Program-made: the position numbers and the translations under genes | Shown: piece by piece, positions 20,992 through 31,333 of the stretch | How the letters are laid out: the number at the start of each line of letters is the position of its first letter | How positions within the stretch are numbered: position 1 is the stretch's first letter | NCBI GenBank assembly: GCA_964291395.2 | Contig: OZ219858.1 | Coordinates: forward strand, 992,001-1,056,000 | Source: Alphaproteobacteria bacterium | GTDB taxonomy: Bacteria; Pseudomonadota; Alphaproteobacteria; UBA2966 | DNA length: 64,000 nt | Direction of reading: 5' to 3' | The notes under the pieces: model-generated | What the model saw: the letters and a program-made list of their open reading frames with translations, nothing else | Told to the model about the DNA's origin: nothing | Databases searched by the model: none

Positions 20992-22092
20992 ATGCGGACC
21001 TCGACACAGATCATCGTCGTCGCCGTCCTGGCGGGGCTTGCCGCGGGGGCGTGGTACGCCCGGGATCGCCTGCCCTGGAGCGAAGCGCCTGCCCAGGGCG
21101 CTCAGGGAAAGGGAGGCGGTCAGCGTCCGACCCTGGTCGAGACCACGCCGGCGCGCCGGGGCGACGTGACCGTCATCATCGAGGCCGTGGGCACGGCACA
21201 TGCCGACGAAGCCGTGATCGTTACCTCGAAAGTCGCCGGACTCGTGTCCGCCGTCCGCTTCCGGGAGGGTGGACGGGTCGAGGCCGGCGACGTCCTGGTC
21301 GAGCTCGACTCCCGGGAAATGCAGGCGCTGCTGGAAGAGCAAAAGGCGGATCGGGATAACGCCGCCAGGCTGTACGAGCGGGCACGCAGGCTCTACGAGG
21401 GCCGGAACGTGCCGCGCGCCAGGGTCGACGACCTCTACGGCGAATTGCTGAGCGCCGAGGCTCGGGTCAAGGCCGAAGAGGCGCGCATCGAGGCATACTA
21501 CGTCCGGGCGCCGTTCGGCGGCCGGCTGGGCCTGCGTCGGGTGAGCGTCGGCGCGCTCGTCGGTCCCGGCACGGAGATCACCACGCTCGACGATACCTCC
21601 AGGATCAAGGCGGATTTCCGCGTTCCCGAAACGGCTCTGGCGCATATCGCCGCGGGTCAGGGCGTCACGGCCGTCAGCGCCGCCTATGCCGGCCGCACGT
21701 TCACCGGCACGGTCGCCACGGTCGATACTCGGGTGGATCCCGTGACCCGTTCCGTCGAGGTGAGAACCGTCTTCGAAAACCCGGACGAGCGCATTCGGCC
21801 CGGCATGTTTCTCACGGCCGAGTTCGTGGCCGTCGTCCGCAAGGACAGCGTCCTGATCCCCGAGCAGGCGGTCGTCGCCGGCGGGGACCGGCAGTACGTC
21901 TTCGTCGTCGTCGACGGGAAGGCGGCGCGACGGGACGTCACCACGGGCGAGCACGTCGACGGTGACATCGAGATCCTCGCGGGACTGTCGCCCGGCGACG
22001 TCGTGGTCACTGCCGGTGTCCAGAAGATCCGCGACGGCGCCCCCGTCGCGGTGGCGCCGCCGCCGGGCGGGGCCAGGCCCGGCATGAGCTGA
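20992..22092 (+). CDS. RND efflux periplasmic adaptor (MFP) subunit
   Basis: N-terminal anchor, RAPFGG lipoyl motif, RPGMF; upstream of RND permease. Confidence 0.93.
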   Translation: MRTSTQIIVVAVLAGLAAGAWYARDRLPWSEAPAQGAQGKGGGQRPTLVETTPARRGDVTVIIEAVGTAHADEAVIVTSKVAGLVSAVRFREGGRVEAGDVLVELDSREMQALLEEQKADRDNAARLYERARRLYEGRNVPRARVDDLYGELLSAEARVKAEEARIEAYYVRAPFGGRLGLRRVSVGALVGPGTEITTLDDTSRIKADFRVPETALAHIAAGQGVTAVSAAYAGRTFTGTVATVDTRVDPVTRSVEVRTVFENPDERIRPGMFLTAEFVAVVRKDSVLIPEQAVVAGGDRQYVFVVVDGKAARRDVTTGEHVDGDIEILAGLSPGDVVVTAGVQKIRDGAPVAVAPPPGGARPGMS

Positions 22093-22100
22093 GCGCGCCG

Positions 22101-25100
22101 ATGATCCTGTCCGACACGTCCATCAAGCGGCCGGTGTTCGCGACCGTGGTCAATCTCGCGCTGATGATCGGCGGACTGTTCGCCTTCGACCGCCTGACCG
22201 TGCGGGAAGTGCCGGACATCGACCGGCCGGTCGTTTCGGTCACGACGACCTACCGGGGCGCCTCGGCCAACATCATCGAATCCCAGGTGACTCAGGTCAT
22301 CGAGGATGCCGTGGCGGGGATCGAAGGAATCAATATCCTCACCTCGACGAGCCGCGAGGAGTCGTCCGCCGTCTCCATCGAGTTCGATATCGGCCGCGAC
22401 ATCGACGCCGCGGTGGGCGACGTGCGGGACCGGGTCGGCCGCGCCATCCGGAATTTGCCCGTCGAGGCGGACCCGCCGCGCATCGCCAAGAGCGATGCCG
22501 ATGCGCGGGCCATCATGTGGCTGACTCTGACCAGCGACCGCCTCGACCATCTCGAGCTCACCGATTATGCCGACCGTTACCTGACCGACCGGCTGTCGAT
22601 CGTGCCGGGCGTGGCCTCCGTGCGCATCGGCGGGCAACGGCGCTACGCCATGCGGCTGTGGTTGAACAAGCGCGCCATGGCGGCTCGGCGGATCACCGTC
22701 CAGGACGTGGAAGATGCGCTGCGCCGGCAGAACGTGGAGCGCCCGTCCGGGCGCATCGAGTCGTTTCAGCGCGAGATGGCGGTCAGAACCGACTCGGACC
22801 TGCGGACCGAGGAACAGTTTCGCGATGTCGTCGTCAGGGAACGCGAAGGCTACTTCGTGCGGCTGGGAGAGATCGCACGGGTCGAATTCGGCGCCGAGGA
22901 CGACCGGAGCGAACTGAGGATCAGCGGCGTGCCGGCCGTGGGACTGGGAATCATCAAGCAGTCGAAGGCCAACACGCTCGACGTCGCGAACGGGGTCAGC
23001 GACCAGGTGGATCTTCTGCAGGATGGATTGCCGGAAGGCGTCAACCTCGAGGTCGCCTACGACCAGTCGCGCTTCATCGGCCGCGCGATAGAGGAGGTCT
23101 TCATCGCCATCGGCATCGCCTTGTTCATGGTCATCGCCGTGAACTACGTCTTCCTGCGGTCCCTGCGGGCGACGGTCATCCCGGCGGTGGCGATCCCGGT
23201 GTCGGTGATCGCGTCGTTCATGGTGCTCGCCGCGCTCGGCTTCTCGATCAACATCCTCACTCTGCTGGCGCTCGTGCTCGCCATCGGTCTCGTCGTCGAC
23301 GACGCCATCGTCGTTCTCGAGAACATCCACCGCCGGGTGGAGGCCGGCGAGCCGCCGCTTCTGGCGGGCTTGCGCGGCGCCCGGCGGATCGCTTTCGCGG
23401 TCATCGCCACGACGGTGGTGCTGGTGGCCGTGTTCGTGCCGATCTCCTTCATGGAAGGGGAAACGGGACGGCTGTTTCGGGAATTCGGCATCGCGGTCGC
23501 CGCGGCCGTGATCTTCTCGAGCTTCGTCGCCCTCACCCTGACCCCGATGATGTGCACCAAGCTCCTCAGGAAACCCGGAGAGGAAGGACGGTTCTTCCGG
23601 TGGACGGAACGTGGCTTTCAAGGCCTTCACGGAGCCTACCGCTGGGCCCTCGTCCGGGCCCTGGACATGCCCGTCGTCGTGATCGCCCTGACCGTCGGCG
23701 TTTCCGCGATCGCCTTCGTCATGTTTCAGGCGGCGCCCAAGGAATTCGCGCCGGTCGAGGATCGGGGCGTGATCTTCATCCCCATTTCCGCGCCGGAAAG
23801 CGCCAACATCGAGTACACGCGCCGCTACGTCCGCACCATCGAGCAGCGTCTGCAGCCCGTCATCGATCGCGGCGACGCGAAAAATTTCCTCGCCATCGTG
23901 GCGCCGAGCTTCGGGCGCCCCGGCGCCGTCAACCGGGCCTTCGCCATCCTGCGTCTGAAGCCTTGGGATGAGCGCGACGTCAAGCAGCAGCAGGTCACCC
24001 GGGAGATCTTCCCGAGGCTTCTGAGCGTTCCGGGCGTCCGCGCCTTCGCCGTCAATCCGTCGAGCCTTGGAAGGCGGCGATTCGGCGCCCCGATCCAGAT
24101 GGTGCTTGGCGGCCAGGATTACGAGGAGCTTCTCGACTGGCGCAACCGGGTCATGGCGCGCGCCCGCGAGAACCCGCGCCTGCTCGGCGTGCAGTCCGAT
24201 TTCCAGGAAAACCGGCCGCAACTGCTCGTTGACATCCACCGGGACCGTGCCGCCGATCTCGGCGTTTCGGTCGACGACATCGGGCGGGCGCTCGAAACCA
24301 TGCTGGGAGCGAGGTTCGTCACCACGGTCGAGGTCGGGGGCAAGCTCTACAACGTCGTGGTTCAGGCGCGCGCGGAGGACCGTACCCGTCCCGGCGACCT
24401 GAGCGGCATCTACGTGCGGTCGAGGACCGGCGAGGAACTGATCCCGTTGTCCAACCTGGTGTCTCTGCGCGAGACGGCCGGAGCCCGGGAGCTGAAGCGT
24501 GTCGACCGCATGCGCGCGATCACGGTCACGGCGTCGCTCGCGCCGGGTTACACGATGGGAGAGGCGATCGCTTATCTCGAACGGGTCGGCGTCGAAGAGC
24601 TGCCCGTGACCGCGCGGGTCAGTTGGGACGGCGCCTCGCGAGAGTTCAACGAGTCGTCCAGCTCGCTGTACGTGACGTTCGGACTCGCGTTGCTGATCGT
24701 GTTTCTGGTCCTGGCCGCCCAGTTCGAGAGCTTCATCCACCCGCTCGTCATCATGCTGACGGTGCCCCTCGCGGTCACCGGTGCCCTGGGATCCATCCTC
24801 TTGCTGGGACTCTCCCTGAACATCTACAGCCAGATCGGCATGGTCATGCTCATCGGGCTGACGGCCAAGAACGGCATCTTGATCGTTGAGTTCGCCAATC
24901 AGATGCGGGACGAGGGCCGTGAACTTCGGGAAGCCATCCGCGAGGCTTCCATCGTCCGGTTGCGGCCCATTCTGATGACCAGTATCGCGACGGCGTTCAG
25001 CGCCGTTCCGCTGGCCACGGGCAGCGGCGCGGGGGCGGAAGCGAGACGGGCCCTCGGCACGGTGATCATCGGTGGCGTAAGCTTCTCGACCTTGCTGAGC

Positions 25101-25226
25101 CTCTTCGTCATCCCCGTGCTTTATCTGCTGCTCGCCCGCTACACGCGGCCCGCGGGTTACATCGCGCGCCGGCTGTCGTCGCTCGAAAGCGCGCACCGCA
25201 ACGAGGGCGTCCGGGCGGCGGAATGA
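22101..25226 (+). CDS. RND efflux permease (AcrB/AcrD/AcrF family)
   Basis: 1041 aa; GLVVDDAIVVLENI, KNGILIVEFA, RLRPILMT. Confidence 0.96.
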   Translation: MILSDTSIKRPVFATVVNLALMIGGLFAFDRLTVREVPDIDRPVVSVTTTYRGASANIIESQVTQVIEDAVAGIEGINILTSTSREESSAVSIEFDIGRDIDAAVGDVRDRVGRAIRNLPVEADPPRIAKSDADARAIMWLTLTSDRLDHLELTDYADRYLTDRLSIVPGVASVRIGGQRRYAMRLWLNKRAMAARRITVQDVEDALRRQNVERPSGRIESFQREMAVRTDSDLRTEEQFRDVVVREREGYFVRLGEIARVEFGAEDDRSELRISGVPAVGLGIIKQSKANTLDVANGVSDQVDLLQDGLPEGVNLEVAYDQSRFIGRAIEEVFIAIGIALFMVIAVNYVFLRSLRATVIPAVAIPVSVIASFMVLAALGFSINILTLLALVLAIGLVVDDAIVVLENIHRRVEAGEPPLLAGLRGARRIAFAVIATTVVLVAVFVPISFMEGETGRLFREFGIAVAAAVIFSSFVALTLTPMMCTKLLRKPGEEGRFFRWTERGFQGLHGAYRWALVRALDMPVVVIALTVGVSAIAFVMFQAAPKEFAPVEDRGVIFIPISAPESANIEYTRRYVRTIEQRLQPVIDRGDAKNFLAIVAPSFGRPGAVNRAFAILRLKPWDERDVKQQQVTREIFPRLLSVPGVRAFAVNPSSLGRRRFGAPIQMVLGGQDYEELLDWRNRVMARARENPRLLGVQSDFQENRPQLLVDIHRDRAADLGVSVDDIGRALETMLGARFVTTVEVGGKLYNVVVQARAEDRTRPGDLSGIYVRSRTGEELIPLSNLVSLRETAGARELKRVDRMRAITVTASLAPGYTMGEAIAYLERVGVEELPVTARVSWDGASREFNESSSSLYVTFGLALLIVFLVLAAQFESFIHPLVIMLTVPLAVTGALGSILLLGLSLNIYSQIGMVMLIGLTAKNGILIVEFANQMRDEGRELREAIREASIVRLRPILMTSIATAFSAVPLATGSGAGAEARRALGTVIIGGVSFSTLLSLFVIPVLYLLLARYTRPAGYIARRLSSLESAHRNEGVRAAE

Positions 25227-25413
25227 CCCGGGGCTCGTGTCAGGCGGCCGGTGTCTCGGTCGGGTACGGCCATGGTCGTCAATAGTTGATCTCTTTCTTC
25301 GTCACTCATGAGAAGTTTCCTTTCTCGTGGGTTGAGAGCCCCCGCGCCGCGCCACCGGCCGGGGATTTTCTAAGGCCTTTCGCTATAGCGCACATACATG
25401 CGCTTAGCTCTGT

Positions 25414-26188
25414 TTAAGGTCTTTCCGAGAATGGAACCTCGTACCAGCGCACCTGCCCGACCAGGAGAAGGGCGTACACCCACGCCTTCCGGGCATAGCT
25501 CCTCACGCGCAGATGACGGGGGATGCGGTTGCGGAATTTCCCGGCTCTTTTCCGCTCAGCCTCAATATCCGAGCCTTCGTGGTCGTGGATGGCCATCGCC
25601 GGAAGGACCTGAAGCGGGCGAAGTATTCTGGCGGTCTCCGACAGCCGAAGATCGAACAGGACGTGGTCGATCGGCAGGGTCAGGGGCCAATTCTCCTCCC
25701 GTATCCACATGGCGGCGTACCGATCCACCAGATACGCCCCGGCCCCGATCTGCCGCCACATCACCCGATGAAGGGAACGGCCCGTCGGGGTCCGGCCGCA
25801 GGCCCGTCCCATGATGCGCTTGCCCCTTTTTTCTCGAGGAATGTCGAGCTTGAAGAGATGGACCTGCCGGACTGCCTACCGTGCGGTGGCTCGGCCACCA
25901 ATCCGTGCCCGCCAGCAGGTCCACGACGTCGGAAGACAACGTCACGTCGTCTTCCAGGATCAGCGCGGCCTTGTGGTCGCTGGCGAGGAAGATGCGCAGG
26001 GCCTCGAAGTGGCTCCTCGCGCATGCCGCCTCGCCCTTGGTCAAGGGGCCGTTGTATTGGATGCACTGCGCATCGTCGGCGGGGACGCGCTCGAAGCTGA
26101 GGCCGAGCTGGTGGAGATCGCGGGTGATCGTCACCAGCCGGTCCGGCCGGCGGTCCAGATTGATGACGTAGATCGGGAGTTGCTTCAT
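25414..26188 (-). pseudogene. Glycosyltransferase family 25, frameshifted near 25860-25885
   Basis: YVINLDRRPDR, GEAAC..SH, ILEDD in one frame; GAGAYLV...PIDH in another. Confidence 0.82.
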
Positions 26189-26940
26189 CAAGATCGCCAG
26201 TAGGAGTGAATCCACGGAACAGGGCGCACGTGCTTGTACAAACGCTTGTGCCAGGGCGCGGGCCACTGACCCATGCGTGCCTCACGCGGCCGCGGATGGC
26301 CGTGGAACACCACTATGTGCGCACCCGCCGGAATGCTGGCGGGCCGCACGAAGTTGAGCGGCCATCTCGGCAAGCAATGCTTCTTGAAGCTTACGCACCA
26401 GCCCTTCGGCCAGTACGTCATGCGCTCCGGTCCCAAAGCGTGCGACAGGAAGGTTTGCGAGTTCCCGTAGAGGTCCACCCAATGCCGGGTTGGCTGGGTG
26501 TTGTAGAGATCGAGCACGACGCCAAGCGTTCCTATCTCGAAACGGAAAACGCTCGAATTGCCGGTGATTCGCCTGGGGTGCGTCCAGTTGTGGATGATGC
26601 AGAATTCGCCGGGGTACTCGAAGAACGGATCGAGTGGGCCGACGATCACGACATCCAGGTCCAGGTAGAGTGCCGTTCCCGAGAGACCGGCAAGCTCCCG
26701 TTGGTAGAGGGCGAGTTTCCGCCACGGGAGATCGCTCCACGGATGATCGACGGCGAGCTCTGGGATCGGCACGCACTCGACTTCGCCCCGAATCCCGCTC
26801 GCGTCGTCGGTCAGGCAGACGAAACGAAACGGACGCGACAGCTTCCTGGAGACCGCACGATAGAGCCGGTTGACGTATTCAGGGCCGTACAGCGTCCCCC
26901 ACTTCATGCAAAGCACGTTGACCGGATTTTCGTCGGACAT
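26188..26940 (-). CDS. Putative glycosyltransferase (GT-A-like, DxD motif)
   Basis: CMKWGTLYGPEYVNRL, LYLDLDVVI, VVFHGHP; ATGA overlap with the GT25 gene. Confidence 0.8.
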   Translation of the reverse strand: MSDENPVNVLCMKWGTLYGPEYVNRLYRAVSRKLSRPFRFVCLTDDASGIRGEVECVPIPELAVDHPWSDLPWRKLALYQRELAGLSGTALYLDLDVVIVGPLDPFFEYPGEFCIIHNWTHPRRITGNSSVFRFEIGTLGVVLDLYNTQPTRHWVDLYGNSQTFLSHALGPERMTYWPKGWCVSFKKHCLPRWPLNFVRPASIPAGAHIVVFHGHPRPREARMGQWPAPWHKRLYKHVRPVPWIHSYWRS

Positions 26941-27143
26941 GGCCCAGACCTGCTGGCGTTCCGGCGCCGGCGGGTGCCGGGCCGTTGCAAACCAACATGG
27001 ATGTCATGAGGTCCCGCTTATTCGCCAAGCGCGGGGAGCTACCCCGCACCGGGTCTGAGGGCTGTTATATTCAGCGGGCGACCCGGCCAAGGCCGAGTCC
27101 ATGTCGGTTTGCAAGGGGAAGTGTAGCAGGCAGGCGGGATCAG

Positions 27144-27167
27144 TTTGTCAAAAAAATTTTTGACAAA
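27144..27167. promoter_or_regulatory. AT-rich inverted repeat, candidate operator
   Basis: TTTGTCAAAAA-AA-TTTTTGACAAA, 11-bp arms, contains TTGACA on both strands. Confidence 0.5.
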
Positions 27168-27514
27168 TGACGTGCGGTCCATAGGTCGGAGATCGCCGCT
27201 CAGGCCGCAAAGGCGCGGTGGGAGGAGTGATCTGTCTGACACCATCACTCTTGCTGGGGTCGGCATTGCCTGTCTGGAGAATGCTGTCCTTGAAGCTCTT
27301 GGATCGTCCGGTCGTGCTCAACCGTACAGACTGGCCGAGCGTCTCGATCTGTATCCAAAGGATCGGGTGCACGACAGCCCTGCAGGAAGCTTGGTCGTTA
27401 AGGCAATCCTGGAGGCATGTGCGTGAGGGCCGGGTGCAGAGGGTCTCTTACCCCGATGGTGCTTGGGAGTTGACGGAAAGAGAGCGCGGACTAAGGGGTT
27501 TGTGACTTACGACT

Positions 27515-27537
27515 GATTTCAAGCTGAGTCACTGCCC
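27515..27537 (-). repeat. 23-nt motif shared (inverted) with 33221-33243
   Basis: Reverse complement GGGCAGTGACTCAGCTTGAAATC, 21/23 identical. Confidence 0.75.
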
Positions 27538-29222
27538 TCGGTCGGGGAGGTTTGTAGCTTCGCCTCCTCCTCGGCCACGAGCTCCTTCTTGGACAGCTTG
27601 CCGATCATGGTCTTGGGCAAGGTATCCCGGAACTCGATGTGCTTGGGCACCTCGTGCCGGCCGAGCCTGTCCTGAAGGAATGCCCTCAGTTCCTCTTCCC
27701 CGAGCGCCTGGCCTTCCCTCAGCTTGACGAACGCCTTCACGCTCTGGCCCTGGTATTCATCCGCTACGCCGATCACCGTCACTTCCTCGACCGCGGGATG
27801 CTGGTAGATCCCGTCCTCGACGTGACGCGGATAGACGTTGAAGCCGCTGACCAGGATGAGGTCCTTGATGCGGTCGATGATGAACGTGTAGCCGTCTTCG
27901 TCCGTGTAGCCCACGTCACCCGTGCGCAGCCGGCCGTCGGCGATGACGTCCCGCGTCGCCGCCTCGTTCCGCCAGTAGCCGGCCATGACCTGGGGACCCG
28001 AGACGCAGATCTCGCCGGTCTCGCCTTGGGGCAGCACCTTGCCGGGATCGTCGCGATCGACGATCTCGATCACGGTTCCGGGCATGGGCAGGCCGATCGA
28101 TCCCGCTTTGGCGTCGTCCGAGAACGGATTGCACGTGGCGACCGGGGAACATTCGGTCAGTCCGTAGCCCTCCACCAGCTTGCATCCGGACAGCTCCTCG
28201 AACCGCTGCTTGACCTCGACCGGGAGCGGCGCGCCGCCGGAGATGCAGGCCTTGATGGACTTGAGGTCGAAGTCCTGCAGCTTGGGGTGGTTGTTGATGG
28301 CGCCGAACATGGTCGGCACGCCGTCGAACACGGTAGGCCTCTTCTTGTTGACGTCCTTGAGCACCGCGTCGAGCTCGAACCGCGGGTGCATGATGATGAC
28401 GGCGCCGAGATGGATGCTCATGTTCATCACGGCGGTCATGGCGAACACGTGGAAGAACGGCAGCACGCCCATGATGCGTTCGGCGCCCGGTTCCAGGGCG
28501 GGGAACCAGACTCCGCACTGCATGGTGTTGATGAAGATATTCGCGTGCGTCAGCATGGCGCCCTTCGGTACGCCCGTCGTGCCGCCCGTGTACTGAAGCA
28601 CCGCGACGTCGTTCTCGGGATCGATCGTGGCGGGTTCGTGTCCGCCTTCGTTGTTGATCAGTTCCTCGAACGGGACGTGGCTCGCGTCGTTGGGCGCCCG
28701 AACGACGTCGCGACGCTTCACCAGCGGAAAAAGCCAGTTCTTGGGGAAGGGCAGCACCTCGCTCATGGTGCCGACGACCAGGAGCCTCAGGCGGCTCTGC
28801 TCCAGCATGGCCTGTGCCTTCGGATAGAGCGCCGTGAGATTGAGCGTCACCATGATGTCGGTCTGGGAATCCTCGATCTGTTGCAGCAGTTCCGGCTCGG
28901 AGTAGAGCGGGCTGTAGTTCACCACGGTGCCGCCCGCCTTGAGGATGGCGTAGTAGCAGATCACGAATTGCGGACAGTTCGGCAGGAACAGTCCGACCTT
29001 CGTTCCCTTCTCGACGCCCAGACCTTGGAATCCGGATGCCGCCCGGTCGACCAGCATGTCGAGTTCGCCGTAGGTATAGACCCGGCCCAGGAAATCGATG
29101 CAGGGCCGCTGCGGGAACCGGGCGACCGCGTCGTCCAGCAGCTTGAAGAGCGGCTTGGCGGGGATCGGCATGTTCCAATCCACACCCTCGGGATAGCTCT
29201 TGAGCCAACTGTGGTCTGTCAT
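27519..29222 (-). CDS. fadD: Long-chain fatty acid--CoA ligase
   Basis: YTGGTTGVPKG, EGYGLTE, RTGD, IGKL motifs. Confidence 0.93.
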   Translation of the reverse strand: MTDHSWLKSYPEGVDWNMPIPAKPLFKLLDDAVARFPQRPCIDFLGRVYTYGELDMLVDRAASGFQGLGVEKGTKVGLFLPNCPQFVICYYAILKAGGTVVNYSPLYSEPELLQQIEDSQTDIMVTLNLTALYPKAQAMLEQSRLRLLVVGTMSEVLPFPKNWLFPLVKRRDVVRAPNDASHVPFEELINNEGGHEPATIDPENDVAVLQYTGGTTGVPKGAMLTHANIFINTMQCGVWFPALEPGAERIMGVLPFFHVFAMTAVMNMSIHLGAVIIMHPRFELDAVLKDVNKKRPTVFDGVPTMFGAINNHPKLQDFDLKSIKACISGGAPLPVEVKQRFEELSGCKLVEGYGLTECSPVATCNPFSDDAKAGSIGLPMPGTVIEIVDRDDPGKVLPQGETGEICVSGPQVMAGYWRNEAATRDVIADGRLRTGDVGYTDEDGYTFIIDRIKDLILVSGFNVYPRHVEDGIYQHPAVEEVTVIGVADEYQGQSVKAFVKLREGQALGEEELRAFLQDRLGRHEVPKHIEFRDTLPKTMIGKLSKKELVAEEEAKLQTSPTEGSDSA

Positions 29223-29270
29223 GACGAATTCCCTCCGGAGTGGCGGTCAGGATACGGGCATGGCGGTCGG

Positions 29271-30278
29271 TCACGCCGTCGCGCGCCGGGGTGCTGCCGG
29301 CGTCAGGGTTCCCAGGCGGTGGTTCACGATGTCCGCTGCCTCCAGGACGATGCGGTCGATGAGTTCCTTGACCGTGGGGATGTCCCGGATGAGGCCGACG
29401 GTCTGTCCTCCCCAGATGATTCCGTGGTCGAGGTCGCCGGTCTCCAGCACCTGCCGGCTCTTTTCGCCCGAGACGTATTCGATCAGGTCTTCGATGGTGT
29501 GATCCGGGTTCGACGTCTCCACTTCCTGGATCTTTTCCGCCACGCTGTTCTTCAGGATTCGGGCGGTGTTGCGCAGTTTGCGGAAGATCAGCATCGTGTC
29601 GCGCTCGGAACACTGCACCATGAACTGTTTCACGTTGTCGTGAACCGGCGCCTCCCGGGTTGCCACCATCCGTGATCCCATGTTGATCGCGTCGGCACCC
29701 AACGCCAGTGCCGCGACGAGGCCTCTTGCGTCCGCGAATCCGCCGGAGGCCACGATCGGAATGTCGATCTGGTCGGCCGACGCCGGCAGAAGCACGAGTC
29801 CCGGCACGTCGTCCTCGCCCGGATGACCCGCGCATTCGAGACCGTCGATCCCGACGGCGTCGCATCCGATGCTCTGTGCCTTCAGGCCGTGCCGAACCGA
29901 GGTGCACTTGTGCAGCGTCTTGGCGCCGGCTTCCTTGAAGATGGGCATGAAGGGTTCCGGATTGCGTCCTGCCGTCTCGATGATCCTCACACCGGACTCG
30001 ACGGCTGCCCGCGCGTACTCCTCGTAGGGGACCGGCGTCAGGGTCGGCAGGATCGTCAGATTGACGCCGAACGGCTTGTCCGTCATGTCGCGCGTGCGCT
30101 GAATTTCCTTGACCAGGTCCTCGGGCGTCGGTTGCGTCAGCGCGGTGAGGAACCCGAGGGCGCCCGCGTTCGCGACCGCCGACACGAGTTCGGCCGTGCC
30201 CACGCCCTGCAGGCCGCCCTGGACGAGCGGATGCTCGATGCCGAACAACTCGGTTACGCGCGTCTTGAACATGGTCAT
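29271..30278 (-). CDS. Nitronate monooxygenase / FabK-like flavin oxidoreductase
   Basis: PFGVNL, ECAGHPG, ASGGFAD.RG. Confidence 0.9.
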   Translation of the reverse strand: MTMFKTRVTELFGIEHPLVQGGLQGVGTAELVSAVANAGALGFLTALTQPTPEDLVKEIQRTRDMTDKPFGVNLTILPTLTPVPYEEYARAAVESGVRIIETAGRNPEPFMPIFKEAGAKTLHKCTSVRHGLKAQSIGCDAVGIDGLECAGHPGEDDVPGLVLLPASADQIDIPIVASGGFADARGLVAALALGADAINMGSRMVATREAPVHDNVKQFMVQCSERDTMLIFRKLRNTARILKNSVAEKIQEVETSNPDHTIEDLIEYVSGEKSRQVLETGDLDHGIIWGGQTVGLIRDIPTVKELIDRIVLEAADIVNHRLGTLTPAAPRRATA

Positions 30279-30476
30279 CTCCGGTCCGTCACGTCGAGTG
30301 GATCGCCAGTCCGGCCGCAACGACCGCAGACCCCGCCGATGGCGCCGGACGGCGAGCCTGGGAGTTTGGGGACCCGATCGACTAGACCATGCCGCTCTTC
30401 CGAATTCAACTCGGGCCGGCCGGACGGCAACGGTCTCCCTCCTCCCCGGCAGGGGCAGGGTCGGGGCGGCGCGGGC

Positions 30477-31274
30477 CTACCGTCCCTTGAATTCCGGCGC
30501 CCGTTTCTCCGTGAACGCGTTCAGCCCTTCGGTGAAATCCTCCGTGGCCGCGCAGCGGGCGAAGCTCTCCTTTTCGCGGTCGAGCTGGGTGCCCAGGTCC
30601 GACGTGAGCGACGAGTGAAGCAGCGCCTTGGTCCGGCCGAGGGCGGCCGTGGGGCCTTCCGCCAGCCGTGCCGCGAGCGCGCGGGTTTCCCGCTCCCGCT
30701 CCTCCGCCGGGACGACCTTGTTGACGAGCCCCAGCGACAGCGCCGTTTCCGCATCGAACCGGTCTCCGAGCATGGCGACCTCCATCGCCCTTTTCAGGCC
30801 GACGATCCGCGGCAGACCGTACGTTCCGCCGCCGTCGGGGCTGGTGCCGATCTTGATGTAGGCGAGGGTGAACACGGCGTCTTCCGCCGCGACCGCGAGA
30901 TCGCTGCCCATGGTGATGGACAGGCCCGCGCCCGCGACCGCTCCGTGGACGCTGGCGACGACCGGTTTGGGCAGCGCCTGCATGCCGGTCACGACCACAT
31001 GGAACCTGGAGATGAAGGAGCGGAACTGCTCCTGCCGGGCGTCGACGTCCATGGCCGCCCATTCCTGCATGAGCCGGATGTCGCCGCCCGCGCAAAAGTG
31101 CTTGCCCGCCCCTTGGAGGACGACGCAGCGGACATCGGGGTCGCGGCCCGCGCGGCCGAATGCGTCCGCCAGTCCGTCGACCATCTCGCCGCCCAGGACG
31201 TTGAGGCGGTCGGGCCAGTTCATCGTGATTGTCAGGACGCCGTCGGAAACGTCCTGCATAACCGCATCCGGCAT
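30477..31274 (-). CDS. Enoyl-CoA hydratase/isomerase family protein
   Basis: FCAGGD, GAVAGAG, PDGG, DFTEGLNAFTEKRAP; start at MPDAV within a longer spurious ORF. Confidence 0.92.
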   Translation of the reverse strand: MPDAVMQDVSDGVLTITMNWPDRLNVLGGEMVDGLADAFGRAGRDPDVRCVVLQGAGKHFCAGGDIRLMQEWAAMDVDARQEQFRSFISRFHVVVTGMQALPKPVVASVHGAVAGAGLSITMGSDLAVAAEDAVFTLAYIKIGTSPDGGGTYGLPRIVGLKRAMEVAMLGDRFDAETALSLGLVNKVVPAEERERETRALAARLAEGPTAALGRTKALLHSSLTSDLGTQLDREKESFARCAATEDFTEGLNAFTEKRAPEFKGR

Positions 31275-31333
31275 GGGTTCCTCCGAAGCCGCGGGGTGGG
31301 GGGTGCCGGGCGCGCGCGGCCCGGCGGCTGTCC

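Noticed and set aside
21684-25196. 1170-aa minus-strand ORF and similar long antisense ORFs (e.g. 2792-4954, 35290-37839, 37836-39995, 61565-63940)
   Set aside because: Shadow frames of real genes in high-GC DNA; no recognisable motifs
25230-25330. Minus-strand RBS + ATG (MSDEERDQLLTTMAV...)
   Set aside because: Too short and runs antisense into the RND gene; probably a truncated gene start that cannot be identified
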